Shown here one piece after another: positions 20,701 to 29,912 of a stretch of DNA of 64,000 nt. Origin of the DNA: a virus (taxonomy: Duplodnaviria > Caudoviricetes); IMG/VR virus record IMGVR_UViG_3300033068_001704, positions 158,155-222,154 of that record. One strand, given 5' to 3'. Both the position numbers and the translations under genes were made by a program. The notes under the pieces were generated by a model. The model made no database searches. It worked only from the letters and a program-made list of their open reading frames with translations, and was not told where the DNA came from. How positions within the stretch are numbered: the stretch's first letter is position 1; each line of letters begins with the position of its first letter.

Positions 20701-21059
20701 CTGGGGCGCCTGCTGTCATCGCTAACAGCGCGGGGAACTCGCGGGCCTTCAACGGTGATGCAGACCTCTCGACCCGTTTCGACGTGGTGGGTCTGGCATC
20801 TGCCGCGATTTCCTCGGCAGCCACCGGAACCCTCAACATCACGGGCGAGATGACGATTCCGGATGCGATCTTCGATGTCCCTCCCGTTGCGGCAGACAAC
20901 GGGAAGCGTGTGTACCTGAGTGCGAACGTCGGGAAGCTCACGCTCACGGCTCCGTCCGCAGCGGGCACCTGGACGCAGAAGCTCGGGATCGTGACGCGTC
21001 ACAGCGTGACTGGGTCCTCCTTGGTCCTCATTCAGATTGGCGATGGCTACCTGAACTGA
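17754..21059 (+). CDS. Long Gly/Ala/Ser/Thr-rich fibre or spike protein (1101 aa)
   Basis: Beta-helix-like GxGG repeats, LQ.AY..GN modules, C-terminal module shared with the 16554 gene. Confidence 0.75.
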   Translation: MANQIPLSVDAGRVIRFGSTDQVLADGVVPRSGTTLSLGDSDTTLVTVAGAAATGITLGGAGTLVAIPGDLEVTGSLTVNSDSMFDGDTIIGDATSDTLTLTARMITSILTTGTSTATTNGWDLGSGANGWNNVFLARDGAGNALATARALSSTSVGASGATLVGVDITALAVSPANSTLQAVLETLSTTATGGSFQTTYDNGPDVTQDATGGIAITRGATSADTHVLRLVHGQTGSDDVLEIDRSPAGAAAGRGVHVAMGANASDAGLEVSHSGTAAGSRAAIFSGVSLTSNRGVVEVTHQGSGAGHGVVVNLGAASTQKHLRLARDAGATVTTLDEAGITINGDSASGTIATFNISAEVSSSDGVAGTNIEISAAPGSASASIQGGDGGNLVFAAGDGALSTEAASSGGLGGSLSFVAGAGGDSGASVGPGSGGSISFVAGSASSVGAFGSAAGGGVTFLGGDSSGGNGIGGVVSLDPGLGAGSNGSILLGVTNTPYEIQSGSNGGRTEWTHFGRMVVDGSADDSLLTVREEFANRFVVSTAGGAGAPLVTVYGETAASSNYATEFELADSEFLLQPVTVHLAEVSPEGVIAALPGSTCHVRFPSANASDGLWVKLTGSGNTGWSKVQAGSGTVDSLQSAYEAGNTVSVTTAEGSLAFSNSADATDILTLTRTFAGAGEGLSVGMGPSNQAVTGRGVEIISGTGATGSMLFVNNLGTGNALQIQDGSNDVFTIAGTGAVAFTPTSGSNLSATTAGAGEITVQSAAGALNIVNDVSTGAGGGISIRATSSGSGTSGDLLLYSATTGSGSGGVLLSAGVAVANPLTGQIIIRGSADLDLDGASATLDTTGAISLDAGAASNFTTSAGALTLTSAAAATWGTAAGALTLNGVSGINLQFNGSTKLAVATSTLTVQTGTVLGTTNTGNINLPNNGAARFQVEGAAVGATVTAANLDTLTNGSNADALHVHGASGLLVTAGEALAAGAPAVIANSAGNSRAFNGDADLSTRFDVVGLASAAISSAATGTLNITGEMTIPDAIFDVPPVAADNGKRVYLSANVGKLTLTAPSAAGTWTQKLGIVTRHSVTGSSLVLIQIGDGYLN

Positions 21060-21087
21060 CCGGCTCGGTATCGTCTCTCGAAGACGC

Positions 21088-21108
21088 GGGTCGGGAAACT
21101 TCCGACCC
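21088..21108 (+). terminator. GC-rich hairpin after the fibre gene
   Basis: GGGTCGG-GAAACTT-CCGACCC; no clear U tract. Confidence 0.3.
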
Positions 21109-21131
21109 CCCTACTTGAGGGGTTCTACGAG

Positions 21132-21434
21132 ATGACGGCGATCGAGAAGAAGACCGCGAAGGCGAAGCTTGGGGCGGTCCAGGAGCCGGCGAAGGTCGAA
21201 GCACCTGTGGTCGAGGCAGAGGCGGACGCAGGTGAGCCCCTCACCGAGCTGGAGGCCCACAAGGTGGCGCTCGCCCAGGAACGCATCACGAGCGCACAAC
21301 TCACTCTTCAGGCTCGGCAGAAGGAGATGGAGGGGCTGATCCTCGCGCTCAAGGCGAAGTACGAGGAGGGGGGGCGGTACCAGCTTCTCCAGCTCGACCC
21401 GTCGCGAGGGACGATCGTCAGGAAGCCTGTCTGA
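21132..21434 (+). CDS. Small coiled-coil protein (possible fibre chaperone)
   Basis: Heptad pattern; position after the fibre gene. Confidence 0.55.
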   Translation: MTAIEKKTAKAKLGAVQEPAKVEAPVVEAEADAGEPLTELEAHKVALAQERITSAQLTLQARQKEMEGLILALKAKYEEGGRYQLLQLDPSRGTIVRKPV

Positions 21435-21814
21435 TGGATCTCGTCATCATCGAGAGCCCGTACGCAGGCGCGACCCCGGAGATCATCGCCAGGAACATCG
21501 CCTATGCTCGGGCAGCGATGCGTGACGCGCTGGGGCGTGGGGAGGCCCCTTACGCCTCCCACCTCCTCTACACGCAGCCGGGGGTACTGCGGGACGAGAT
21601 CCCGGCTGAGAGGGACTGGGGGATCAAGGCCGGGTTCGAGTTCCGCAAGCTCGCCAAGAGGTCCGCGTTCTACACGGACCTCGGCATGAGTAGCGGGATG
21701 GAATGGGGCCTCAAGCATTCCACGGAGAGTGGGATCGAGGTCGTGTACCGCTCGATCCCGTTCGTGTGGCCCCTCGACCAGAGTTCGGGGCCTCATCGCA
21801 GTCCGGGTTGGTGA
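21434..21814 (+). CDS. Conserved phage protein, nucleoside 2-deoxyribosyltransferase-like fold
   Basis: VIIESPYAG...NIAYAR...RGEAPYASHLLYTQ...YTDLGMSSGM. Confidence 0.7.
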   Translation: MDLVIIESPYAGATPEIIARNIAYARAAMRDALGRGEAPYASHLLYTQPGVLRDEIPAERDWGIKAGFEFRKLAKRSAFYTDLGMSSGMEWGLKHSTESGIEVVYRSIPFVWPLDQSSGPHRSPGW

Positions 21815-21904
21815 GATCACGTTGATTGGTGGGTCCGTAGGACCTAACCCCACACGACCGCAGGGGGCATCGGCCCTATCCGGTCTATTCGGAGTGATCC
21901 TCGG

Positions 21905-24382
21905 ATGCCTGCGCCTGTATACGGCAATGCTGGACGCCTTCAGCGCTACTCCACCGAGCAGATGACTCTGGGGGATGGGCTGGTCTCGGGGCCCATCTAC
22001 ACCTTCACCAGCGACCCGGACACGGGCGTGTGGCGCATCGGGACTGGTGCGGTTGGCATCGCTGGGGACGGCCTCCAGGTCATCCGCTTTCAGGCTCCGG
22101 GCGGGGTCAACCCTCAGGTCATCGTCCCGATGGGGACGGCGGCGAATCCTCCGATCTCGTTCGATGACACGTTCTCTACGGCGGGGTTCTACCAGCCGGC
22201 AGCGGGAACGGTGGGGTTTGTGTCTGGGGCGGCGGAGAGATGGAGGCTGAATAGCGGGTCCTTCACGGCCATCAGCTCGGATGCGAAGATTCTCTCTGGT
22301 GTGGCGAACCAAGCGCTGCGTCTCGTGTCGAGTGTTACGAACGGCACGACAGACCCCGCCTTCGTGTTCGACAACAATTCTGTGTCGTACACGGCCTCGA
22401 CCGGGTTGCAGAGGATTGTTCGGATCCCCGCAACGATCTTGCAGACCGGTTCTGCGGGCAGCACGGCCCTTGAGATCGATGTTACGAACACGACTCTCGG
22501 GATCGGCGCGCATCGATTCTTGGATCTCAAGATCGGTGGGTCCACTGTTTTTGCCATCAAGAACAGTAGTTCCACGGACGAACAGGGTCAGGTCCAGCTT
22601 GGTTCAGGGGCAGTGGGGTCCCCCTCCCTCTCGTTCATCACCGATAACGCCTTGGGCGTTTACCGAATCGGTGCGGGCATCCTTGGGGTGTCGGCGAATG
22701 GGTTGGAGGTCGCTAGGTATCAGGCCCCGAGCGGGGCCAACCCCCAGCTCAAGCTCCCCCTCGGCACTACGGCACTGCCGAGTCTTTCGTTCGGGTCTAG
22801 TAATCAGATCGGCCTGAGCGCACCGACCGCGAACCAGCTCAACGTCACCACAAACAACATCCTCACTGCTGCGTTCAACTACCTCGGCACCACCATCTAC
22901 TACAATGGCACCGGGTACGTTACGTTCGGAGCTGCGACAGCAACGTTCCAGGGGGCTGGGACTTACTCGCTCCACTGCCTCGGCACCCAGATGGGGCTGA
23001 TCATCGGTGGTCGTCGCGACACCAGCGTCAACGCTGCGTACACCAACGACGCGTCGGTTCAGTTCACTCAGTACGCAAACCTCGCGTTCGTCGGTGCTGC
23101 ATCGACGACCCAGAGGATGCTTCGTGCGTCGGCCGTGGTGAACCAGACGAGCACCGCTGCGTTCAACATGCTCGAACTCGACGTGACGAACACGGCGCTC
23201 GGCAGCGGTGCTCAGAACTTCCTCGACCTCAAGGTCGCCGGCACGACCATCTTCACGATCACGAACGGCACCACCACCGCGAGTCGCGGTCGGATGCTCG
23301 CGGGCCCCGGTGCGGCGGCAACCCCCAGCATCTCGTTTTACGGCGACCCCGATACTGGTCTCACCAACGTCTCGGCGAACACGGTCTCTGTCGTCACCGG
23401 CGGCACGGAGGCCTGGAGGTTCAACGGGGGGGACTTCAACTCCTACGTCTCTGGGGCGTACATCCAGCAGCTCGCCGCAGACTCGGGCCTGACGTTCTCT
23501 GGCAACATCGGCGCGACGACCTCTCCGAGCTTCGGGTTCGAGAACTTCAACTCGTTCACGGGTGGTACTGGGGTCAACCAGCGGTTCGCTGTGTTGGGTG
23601 CCGCGGTCAACCAGACGAGCACGGCGGGGTTCTCCTTCCTCCAGCTCAACGCGACGAACACGGCCCTGGGGTCCGGCGCTCAGTATTTCCTCGACGTCAA
23701 GGTCGGCGGGACCACTGTCGCAGCCATCACGAACGGATCGACGTCAGCAACTCAAGGGAGGCTTCTCGCAGGCGCAGGCGCCTCTGCCACCCCGTCGCTG
23801 TCGTTCCTCGGCCAGACGGCTGACGGGTTCTACTCTCAGAGCAGCACGAACATCGGCGCTACGGGCAACCTCAACCCGGACATCACTGCGACCTGGAGCC
23901 TCGGGACTTCTGTGCTGCGGTGGAATCAGGTCCACGCGTCCACCGTGGTGGTCAACGAGCTGTCGATCAATTCTGGCGGTGAGGTCATCGGTTGGCCCTA
24001 CACCACGATGCACTTCCACGGGAAGGACATGCTCTTCGACAACGCAGGTGAAGAGTATTGGATCGACACCGGTGGGCACTTCTACTCCAACAGTGATGTG
24101 GCCTATGCAGTCACTCGCAACTCGAAGGTGTACTCTGTCAACGTCAACATCTATGTGAACACGTTGGACGACGACGCTGAATTTCGCCTCTGCATCAACG
24201 GGTCCTTCTTCGCAGCGGCTCTCATTCCCTTCGGATTTGTTGGGACGATCGACATGTCAGGGGACTTTGACGGGGCGGGTCTCACTTACGGGGATGTGTT
24301 CAACTGGGCATGCACTGGAACTGAGAAATTCCCGGCGGGGACACTTTCGCTCACCGTGACTCACCAGCTTCGATCGCAGTAA
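21905..24382 (+). CDS. Tail fibre protein with internal repeats (825 aa)
   Basis: Repeated PS.SF..D.DTG units and three copies of QT...F..L..TNT.LG.GA..FLD.K.GGTT. Confidence 0.75.
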   Translation: MPAPVYGNAGRLQRYSTEQMTLGDGLVSGPIYTFTSDPDTGVWRIGTGAVGIAGDGLQVIRFQAPGGVNPQVIVPMGTAANPPISFDDTFSTAGFYQPAAGTVGFVSGAAERWRLNSGSFTAISSDAKILSGVANQALRLVSSVTNGTTDPAFVFDNNSVSYTASTGLQRIVRIPATILQTGSAGSTALEIDVTNTTLGIGAHRFLDLKIGGSTVFAIKNSSSTDEQGQVQLGSGAVGSPSLSFITDNALGVYRIGAGILGVSANGLEVARYQAPSGANPQLKLPLGTTALPSLSFGSSNQIGLSAPTANQLNVTTNNILTAAFNYLGTTIYYNGTGYVTFGAATATFQGAGTYSLHCLGTQMGLIIGGRRDTSVNAAYTNDASVQFTQYANLAFVGAASTTQRMLRASAVVNQTSTAAFNMLELDVTNTALGSGAQNFLDLKVAGTTIFTITNGTTTASRGRMLAGPGAAATPSISFYGDPDTGLTNVSANTVSVVTGGTEAWRFNGGDFNSYVSGAYIQQLAADSGLTFSGNIGATTSPSFGFENFNSFTGGTGVNQRFAVLGAAVNQTSTAGFSFLQLNATNTALGSGAQYFLDVKVGGTTVAAITNGSTSATQGRLLAGAGASATPSLSFLGQTADGFYSQSSTNIGATGNLNPDITATWSLGTSVLRWNQVHASTVVVNELSINSGGEVIGWPYTTMHFHGKDMLFDNAGEEYWIDTGGHFYSNSDVAYAVTRNSKVYSVNVNIYVNTLDDDAEFRLCINGSFFAAALIPFGFVGTIDMSGDFDGAGLTYGDVFNWACTGTEKFPAGTLSLTVTHQLRSQ

Positions 24383-24392
24383 TGAGGCCCGT

Positions 24393-24638
24393 ATGAGTCA
24401 GCTTTCGGATGACATCGAAGCGATTGACCGGAAGATTTCGGGCGATCCTGCGTGGAAAAGGATTAGACGTCTGCTCCTTTCCGGACATCTCGGACACGCC
24501 ATCTCAGAAGAGATGGAGTCTCGGAGGTTGTCTCCGGATCCCCGCATGGAGGTCACGGACCTTGCGGAGGAGCCGACAAGACGAGAGCGCCACCCTTCGA
24601 GCATGACCAAGATCCCCCAGCAGGATCCGAAGAAGTGA
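24393..24638 (+). CDS. Hypothetical protein
   Basis: GAGG RBS, operon position. Confidence 0.55.
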   Translation: MSQLSDDIEAIDRKISGDPAWKRIRRLLLSGHLGHAISEEMESRRLSPDPRMEVTDLAEEPTRRERHPSSMTKIPQQDPKK

Positions 24639-24832
24639 TGGACCAGGAACCCACCCAAGAGGCCCCGAAGTACCCTCCGGGAGCACCCTGGCTAGAGATC
24701 GGCTTGTTTCTCTTCTTGGGGATCATCCTCCTTTTTGGGTTCAAGACCTGCTTCGATGCCTTGACTGAAACCCGACCCGTCACGCACGAGGAATTCCAGG
24801 TCGGTAAGGTGTTCGATGGAGGGTTGAGATGA
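24635..24832 (+). CDS. Small membrane protein
   Basis: One hydrophobic segment LEIGLFLFLGIILLFGF. Confidence 0.55.
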   Translation: MMDQEPTQEAPKYPPGAPWLEIGLFLFLGIILLFGFKTCFDALTETRPVTHEEFQVGKVFDGGLR

Positions 24833-25242
24833 AGATCAAGGTAACGCGCCCGGACGGGACGGTCATCGAGGCGGAAGGCACCGTCGAGGAATGCGAACGC
24901 TTGGTGAGCGGACCGCCCTCGAAGTCCTCTTCCGAGGAGCTTCTGGAGTTCCTCAAACAGATCAAGCCCGAGACTCAGCCGGATCTCCCGTTCGTCCCGT
25001 ACGTCCCGGTTCCCTACTACCCCCCGGTCATGCCGTGGGACCCCACGGTCCCGTCGCTGCCCTGGTCTCCCGAGTTCCCGTACCGCGTCGGTCCCAACGT
25101 GAGGTGGGGATGGACGACGGATCGGATCACGCTCGGGGACAACACCCAGGGGGTCACGGTTACCTGCGTCGATGACGTTCCGATCACGAGCAGCCACGTC
25201 ATGCTCTCGACGGTCATGTCGGGCCAGTGCTCGTACACCTGA
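24829..25242 (+). CDS. Hypothetical Pro-rich protein
   Basis: ATGA overlap. Confidence 0.65.
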   Translation: MKIKVTRPDGTVIEAEGTVEECERLVSGPPSKSSSEELLEFLKQIKPETQPDLPFVPYVPVPYYPPVMPWDPTVPSLPWSPEFPYRVGPNVRWGWTTDRITLGDNTQGVTVTCVDDVPITSSHVMLSTVMSGQCSYT

Positions 25243-25282
25243 CCCCCTTCCCTATGACGACTATCCCCGGTCTGGGTGAGAT

Positions 25283-28200
25283 ATGACTGCGGAAATCGTC
25301 AAGAGGGTCGCTCTCCTCAAGCTCGCGGAAGACGAAGCTCAAGAGCTTACGTTCCAGGAGTGGTTGAAGGACCAGCCCGCATCAGGGATGTCCGACCCGA
25401 TCTCGGAGCGGATCTACCCGCGCTTGCGCTCGAAGCTCGGGCCGATGGCGATCCCGTTCTTCCAGCTCTACGGGCAGACCCGTCTCATGATGGAGGGGGC
25501 CCCTCCTCCGGAAGAGGGCCTCGTCCAGGCCTGGAAGAACGCCACGAAGGGACTCACCCGGGTCCTCGCGGCGAAGCTGGGGGACCAGGGTCCCCCGCAG
25601 CTCATCAACTCGATCTTCGATCGCATGACCGCGGTTCGCCCGGTACTTCGGAAGATCGAGCAGGGGTACGGGCTCTACGCGTTCCGCACCGCCGGTGACC
25701 AGATCTCCCAGGTCATCGCGGACGTCTGTCGGGCAGTAGGGCTTCCGGTCACGATTCGTCCCGGCGTGGATGCGGCGAAGTGGCCCCTGGTTCGTCGTTC
25801 GAGCGAGAAGGAGCAGCAGCTCGATCGCCTGAAGGCGGACAACCCGTCCCTCTACGCTCAGATCGTTGAAGGGCGTGAGAAGCTCCGCAAGATCGACATC
25901 CAGGTCGTCGAGTCGATCCAGCGGGCTGGGTTGCTTCCGACCAAGACGAAGATCCGTGGCCGGCTCGTGAACCTGGGCGTGGACCCCGTTACGAACGAGC
26001 GGATGGTCTACACGAATGATGGTCGTGTGGTCTCGGTCGAGCAGTTCTCTCAGGAGATGGTCGAGGGTCACGCAGTTCGAGAGCGGTCCTCGAAGATCTT
26101 CCCGAATGGTCTCCCGAAGGGAGGGAAGACGGACCCCTCTCTGGAGGGTCTCCGCATCCTCACGGATGTGCAGGTCTCCGACCCCGACGTCATCCCGCAG
26201 CAGGAGATCATCTACCGAGCCCTCACCGACGATCTCGCGGCAGAGGGTGGCACCCGTGTCTACCCGACGAAGATCGATGCAAAGGGTCGCCCGGTCGTCA
26301 TCGATGGTCGATTCAAGGGCATCTATCTCGACGACCTCGTGAACCGTGCAGGCCGCCTCATCGAGGGCGCCGCGTTCGACTTCGACGCACGCGGCAAGAT
26401 GGTCCGGTTCGAGACCAAGAACCCCGATGGTTCCCCCAACCTCGCCGCCCGCAAGGAGCCGTACGTGACGGTCACGGCGGATGGGCGGCTCATGGTCAAG
26501 GTCCCGTTCAAGGGGAAGAACGACCCGTTCACCAGCGCCCGCCAGGAGATGGACCGGCTTGCGCGCCCCACGCGCATCCCGACGATCGAGAAGGTCGCGG
26601 GGACGATGAACACGACCTTCATCTTCCCCGAGAAGGACTACGCGGCCGTCCGACGCGCTGTGGGCGGCATGGTCCTCTCGAAGGCCGCGGCCGACAAGCT
26701 CAAGGCGTACTTCGATCAGCTCGAACGCCAGGAACGAGCCCTCACCGAGGAAGCGACGAAGAGCTACACCCTCTCGGCGATCGGTGGCTTCAAGATCGAG
26801 GCGCTGATCGACCCGGCCTCTGGGCTTCCGTACGATCCCCCGCGGTTCAAGCCGGACCTCTTCGGGAAGCAGAAGGAGGCGATCTCCTGGGCGGAGTCGA
26901 AGGGCTACCGTGGGCTTCTCGCGCTCGACACCGGCATCGGCAAGACGCTGACTTCGATCGCCACCATGAAGAAGATGGAGCGGGACGGGTTCGCCCAGGA
27001 TGGCACCCGGTTCCTGTACATCTGCCCGACGAAGCTTCGGGGGAACTTCGCCAGGGAGGCGCGCGCGAGCCTTCAGGAGGCGGGGGCCTTCCTGAGCAAG
27101 GTGGACGTCATCTCCTACCAGCAGTTCGCCAGGAAGCGGAAGGAGAACCCCAAGTTCGGGACCGTGGACGGCGACCCGGCAGCGGGGGTCCCCCCGTACG
27201 TGGCGGTCTTCTTCGACGAGGCTCACGTCCTCGTGAAGAACCCGTCGTCGGTCGGCTCACGGGCGGCCCTGAGTCTGAAGCACCCTCGGAAGATCCTGCT
27301 CACGGCATCCCCGATGGAGGATGACCCGGACGAGCTGTACATCGGGGTGGCGATCACCAACAACATCGACCTGAACGAGCGCGGTCCGGATGGCGGGGTC
27401 TCCCCGGCGGTTCGAGACATGATGCGGTTCCGGTCCCGGTTCTGTCAGACGGTCGGCGGACGCACCCTCGGCTTGAAGGCCGCGGACGCAGAAGATCCGA
27501 CCAAGACGGAGGACTTCTACGCGTGGGCGAAGTCCAACTTCTACGCCGCGAACAAGCGCGACGTGGTCGAGAAGCCGCTGCCCGAGCTGCGTCGTGAGTC
27601 GAAGACCATCACGATGGACCCTGCGGTCGAGACGATCTACCGCGAGGAAGCCCAGAAGGTCGCCGAGGTCCTCAAGGCCGCCGTGACGGTCTTCCGAGAC
27701 AAGGGCAAGGTTCGGAGCGATCAGGTTCGAGACCTCTTCGGCATGAAGCTTCGGAAGTCGTTGGCAACGCTCAACGACCTGTCGAACATGCCTGCGCTCC
27801 TCATCCCGGGTTCGCGGTCCCCCAAGGTGGAGGCCTCGGCCGAGATCGTGGTGGACCGGATCTCTCGTGGTGGTCGAACGATCCTGTTCACCGACAGCCC
27901 GAAGTTCGCCGAGTACACGGTCCTCGAACTGTCGGTTCGGGTCCCGTCGCTGCTCCATGCTGTCGCGCTCTCCGGTGAGATCGCCGTCTACCAGAACGGT
28001 CGCAAGATCGCGAAGTACGGCCAGCGCATCTACCGGAACAAGGACGGGGTCGAGATCCCGAAGCAGGAGTGGGCGAGCTTCGTCCTGCGCGAGATCATCG
28101 GGGCCGACCAGCAGGTGTCGAGCCTCGTGTTGACGAGCGGCTACTCCTTCGGTCAGAACCTCCAGATGTTCTCGACGGTCGTCCATCTCGATCGAGATGG

Positions 28201-28570
28201 GTTCTCCTCGGAGACGATGAAGCAGCGGACGGCGCGTGCGTGGCGTACCGGTCAGGATTCAGCGGTGGACGAGATCACCCTGGACATGGCCTACAACGAC
28301 ACCGAGTCCACGACTGACTCGACCCTCGACGAGGTCCGCCGGTACATCCAGGAAGTCCAGGAGACCCTCTTCAACGAGATCGTCGGCAAGTCCCAGGCTG
28401 CCGCGATCGGTAAGGAGTGGTCCGAGATGGCGAACGTGGACGCGAGCCTCGTAGCGGTGAACCGGAAGCTCGTGGAGATGACGCTCGCGCCCCTTGCCGC
28501 GGCGATGGGTGAAGCAGACGCTGCCGAGCGTTCGGCCGTGGTTGTGTCCAGGACGGTGATGGTGTCATGA
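25283..28570 (+). CDS. Large SNF2-like SF2 helicase with about 500-aa N-terminal extension
   Basis: LALDTGIGKT, FFDEAH, LLTASP, SPKV, ILFTD, GQNLQ, QRTARAWRTGQ. Confidence 0.88.
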   Translation: MTAEIVKRVALLKLAEDEAQELTFQEWLKDQPASGMSDPISERIYPRLRSKLGPMAIPFFQLYGQTRLMMEGAPPPEEGLVQAWKNATKGLTRVLAAKLGDQGPPQLINSIFDRMTAVRPVLRKIEQGYGLYAFRTAGDQISQVIADVCRAVGLPVTIRPGVDAAKWPLVRRSSEKEQQLDRLKADNPSLYAQIVEGREKLRKIDIQVVESIQRAGLLPTKTKIRGRLVNLGVDPVTNERMVYTNDGRVVSVEQFSQEMVEGHAVRERSSKIFPNGLPKGGKTDPSLEGLRILTDVQVSDPDVIPQQEIIYRALTDDLAAEGGTRVYPTKIDAKGRPVVIDGRFKGIYLDDLVNRAGRLIEGAAFDFDARGKMVRFETKNPDGSPNLAARKEPYVTVTADGRLMVKVPFKGKNDPFTSARQEMDRLARPTRIPTIEKVAGTMNTTFIFPEKDYAAVRRAVGGMVLSKAAADKLKAYFDQLERQERALTEEATKSYTLSAIGGFKIEALIDPASGLPYDPPRFKPDLFGKQKEAISWAESKGYRGLLALDTGIGKTLTSIATMKKMERDGFAQDGTRFLYICPTKLRGNFAREARASLQEAGAFLSKVDVISYQQFARKRKENPKFGTVDGDPAAGVPPYVAVFFDEAHVLVKNPSSVGSRAALSLKHPRKILLTASPMEDDPDELYIGVAITNNIDLNERGPDGGVSPAVRDMMRFRSRFCQTVGGRTLGLKAADAEDPTKTEDFYAWAKSNFYAANKRDVVEKPLPELRRESKTITMDPAVETIYREEAQKVAEVLKAAVTVFRDKGKVRSDQVRDLFGMKLRKSLATLNDLSNMPALLIPGSRSPKVEASAEIVVDRISRGGRTILFTDSPKFAEYTVLELSVRVPSLLHAVALSGEIAVYQNGRKIAKYGQRIYRNKDGVEIPKQEWASFVLREIIGADQQVSSLVLTSGYSFGQNLQMFSTVVHLDRDGFSSETMKQRTARAWRTGQDSAVDEITLDMAYNDTESTTDSTLDEVRRYIQEVQETLFNEIVGKSQAAAIGKEWSEMANVDASLVAVNRKLVEMTLAPLAAAMGEADAAERSAVVVSRTVMVS

Positions 28571-28815
28571 CCCCGAAGACCCTTCAGGAATGGTCGAGCT
28601 ACATCGACACCCTCTCCGGCCGGGACCTCTACGAGGCGGCAAGGGGAGCGGGATCGGTGAAGTTCATGCTCAAGCTGCGGGCTGAGGGCAGCGAACCGAA
28701 CGACGTGACCGAGATCCAGAAGATGTTCGCGATCCGATTCGTGGAACTCGGGATCGAACCTCCGGGCCGAGCGAACGGATGTGTCATCGACTTCCGGCGC
28801 CTCTCGGGCGTATAG
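28567..28815 (+). CDS. Hypothetical protein
   Basis: ATGA overlap. Confidence 0.65.
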   Translation: MTPKTLQEWSSYIDTLSGRDLYEAARGAGSVKFMLKLRAEGSEPNDVTEIQKMFAIRFVELGIEPPGRANGCVIDFRRLSGV

Positions 28816-28820
28816 GAGGG

Positions 28821-28988
28821 ATGCAGAAGATCTCTCGGTTGGTGGCTGGGGTCCTGGTCGCGGCGATGGCGTGGCTCCCCGCCAAGGTGCTCGGGGAGTA
28901 CCCGGCAGTCCTCGGGTCGGCGATGATCGTGAGCGTTCTCTTCAAGATGCTCGGGATCGATCTCGGTGTGCGGGAGTACGCGGCATGA
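28821..28988 (+). CDS. Small two-TM membrane protein
   Basis: AGGAGGG RBS; two hydrophobic segments. Confidence 0.55.
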   Translation: MQKISRLVAGVLVAAMAWLPAKVLGEYPAVLGSAMIVSVLFKMLGIDLGVREYAA

Positions 28989-29215
28989 GCCCGTTGGAGA
29001 AGGCCCGCAAGATCTGGGACGACCTGGATACCTACGGGAAGTCCCAGCTTCTAATCTGGGGCACCTCGTTCACGACCTATGAGGACGAGGGTCCTGAGGT
29101 GTGTGGGTACTTGGGCGAGATCGTGACAGACATGAGGGCGCAGGTGAAGGCCCACGGCAACGTGGTGTGCGGAAACCTGCTATGTGAAGTCTGCGGAGAA
29201 GCAACGAACCGGTAG
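28985..29215 (+). CDS. Hypothetical protein (MSPLEKAR...)
   Basis: ATGA overlap; C-terminal CGNLLCEVCG. Confidence 0.6.
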   Translation: MSPLEKARKIWDDLDTYGKSQLLIWGTSFTTYEDEGPEVCGYLGEIVTDMRAQVKAHGNVVCGNLLCEVCGEATNR

Positions 29216-29224
29216 GAGGGTGTG

Positions 29225-29909
29225 ATGGAAAGCGTGATCGTGGAGATTCGAGCTGGTGAAGGCGGAGACGACGCCAAGGCCCTGGTCCTCGAACAGTTCG
29301 GTGTGTACGGCCGGCTGATCGAGCGGAAAGGTCTTTGACGTCGCTCTGATTGAGTCTCGCTCCGGGTTCCTTTCCTTCCAGGCGAGCGGCAAGGGAGCCA
29401 AGAAGACGTTCGAGCGCGAGTCGGGAGGTCACCGCTGGCAGCGTGTACCCCCGAACGAGAAGAGAGGTCGCGTTCAGACCTCGACCGTCACCGTCGCTGT
29501 GCTGGAGGAGCCGAAGGAGGCTGACCTTCGCATCGAAGAGCGGGACATCGAGTGGATGACGTGTCGCGGCTCAGGGGCCGGCGGACAGCACCGCAACACG
29601 ACCGACTCCGCGGTGCAGATGACGCACCTTCCGACTGGGATCCGAGTCCGAGTCGAGAGCGAGAGGTCTCAGCATCAGAACCGGGACACGGCGTACCGGA
29701 TCCTTCGCGCGCGTGTGTATGAGGCCCGACAGGCTGCGACGTCAAAGGCGCGGGATGCGTCTCGACGTCAGCAGATCGGGTCCGGGATGCGCGGGGACAA
29801 GATCCGAACGATCCGAGAGCAGGACGGTCAGGTCACTGACCATCGCTCCGAGACCCGGATCCGGTACAAGGACTACATCCGAGGGAACTGGGAGGGCCTC
29901 CTCCCGTAA
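29225..29909 (+). CDS. Short class I peptide chain release factor (RF1-like, lacking domain 1), expressed through a +1 programmed frameshift at 29333-29339; about 227 aa
   Basis: Frame 0: MESVIVEIRAGEGGDDAK...KGL then TGA. The +1 frame continues ESGGHRWQRVPPNEKRGRVQTSTVTVAVL, GAGGQHRNTTDSAV, RSQHQN, DKIRT. The junction is CTT TGA C. Confidence 0.88.
29321..29339 (+). promoter_or_regulatory. prfB-type +1 ribosomal frameshift site (purine-rich run, then CTT TGA C)
   Basis: GAGCGGAAAGGTCTTTGAC; heptamer identical to the bacterial prfB shift site. Confidence 0.8.
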
Positions 29910-29912
29910 GGG

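Noticed and set aside
26188-26200. 13-nt match to the reverse complement of spacer 63215-63253 (possible self-targeting)
   Set aside because: The match does not extend and is too short to be meaningful
29225-29338. Release factor read as a pseudogene or as evidence of stop-codon reassignment
   Set aside because: The downstream part is in the +1 frame at a canonical CTT TGA C site with intact motifs, and other genes terminate normally at TGA, TAG and TAA
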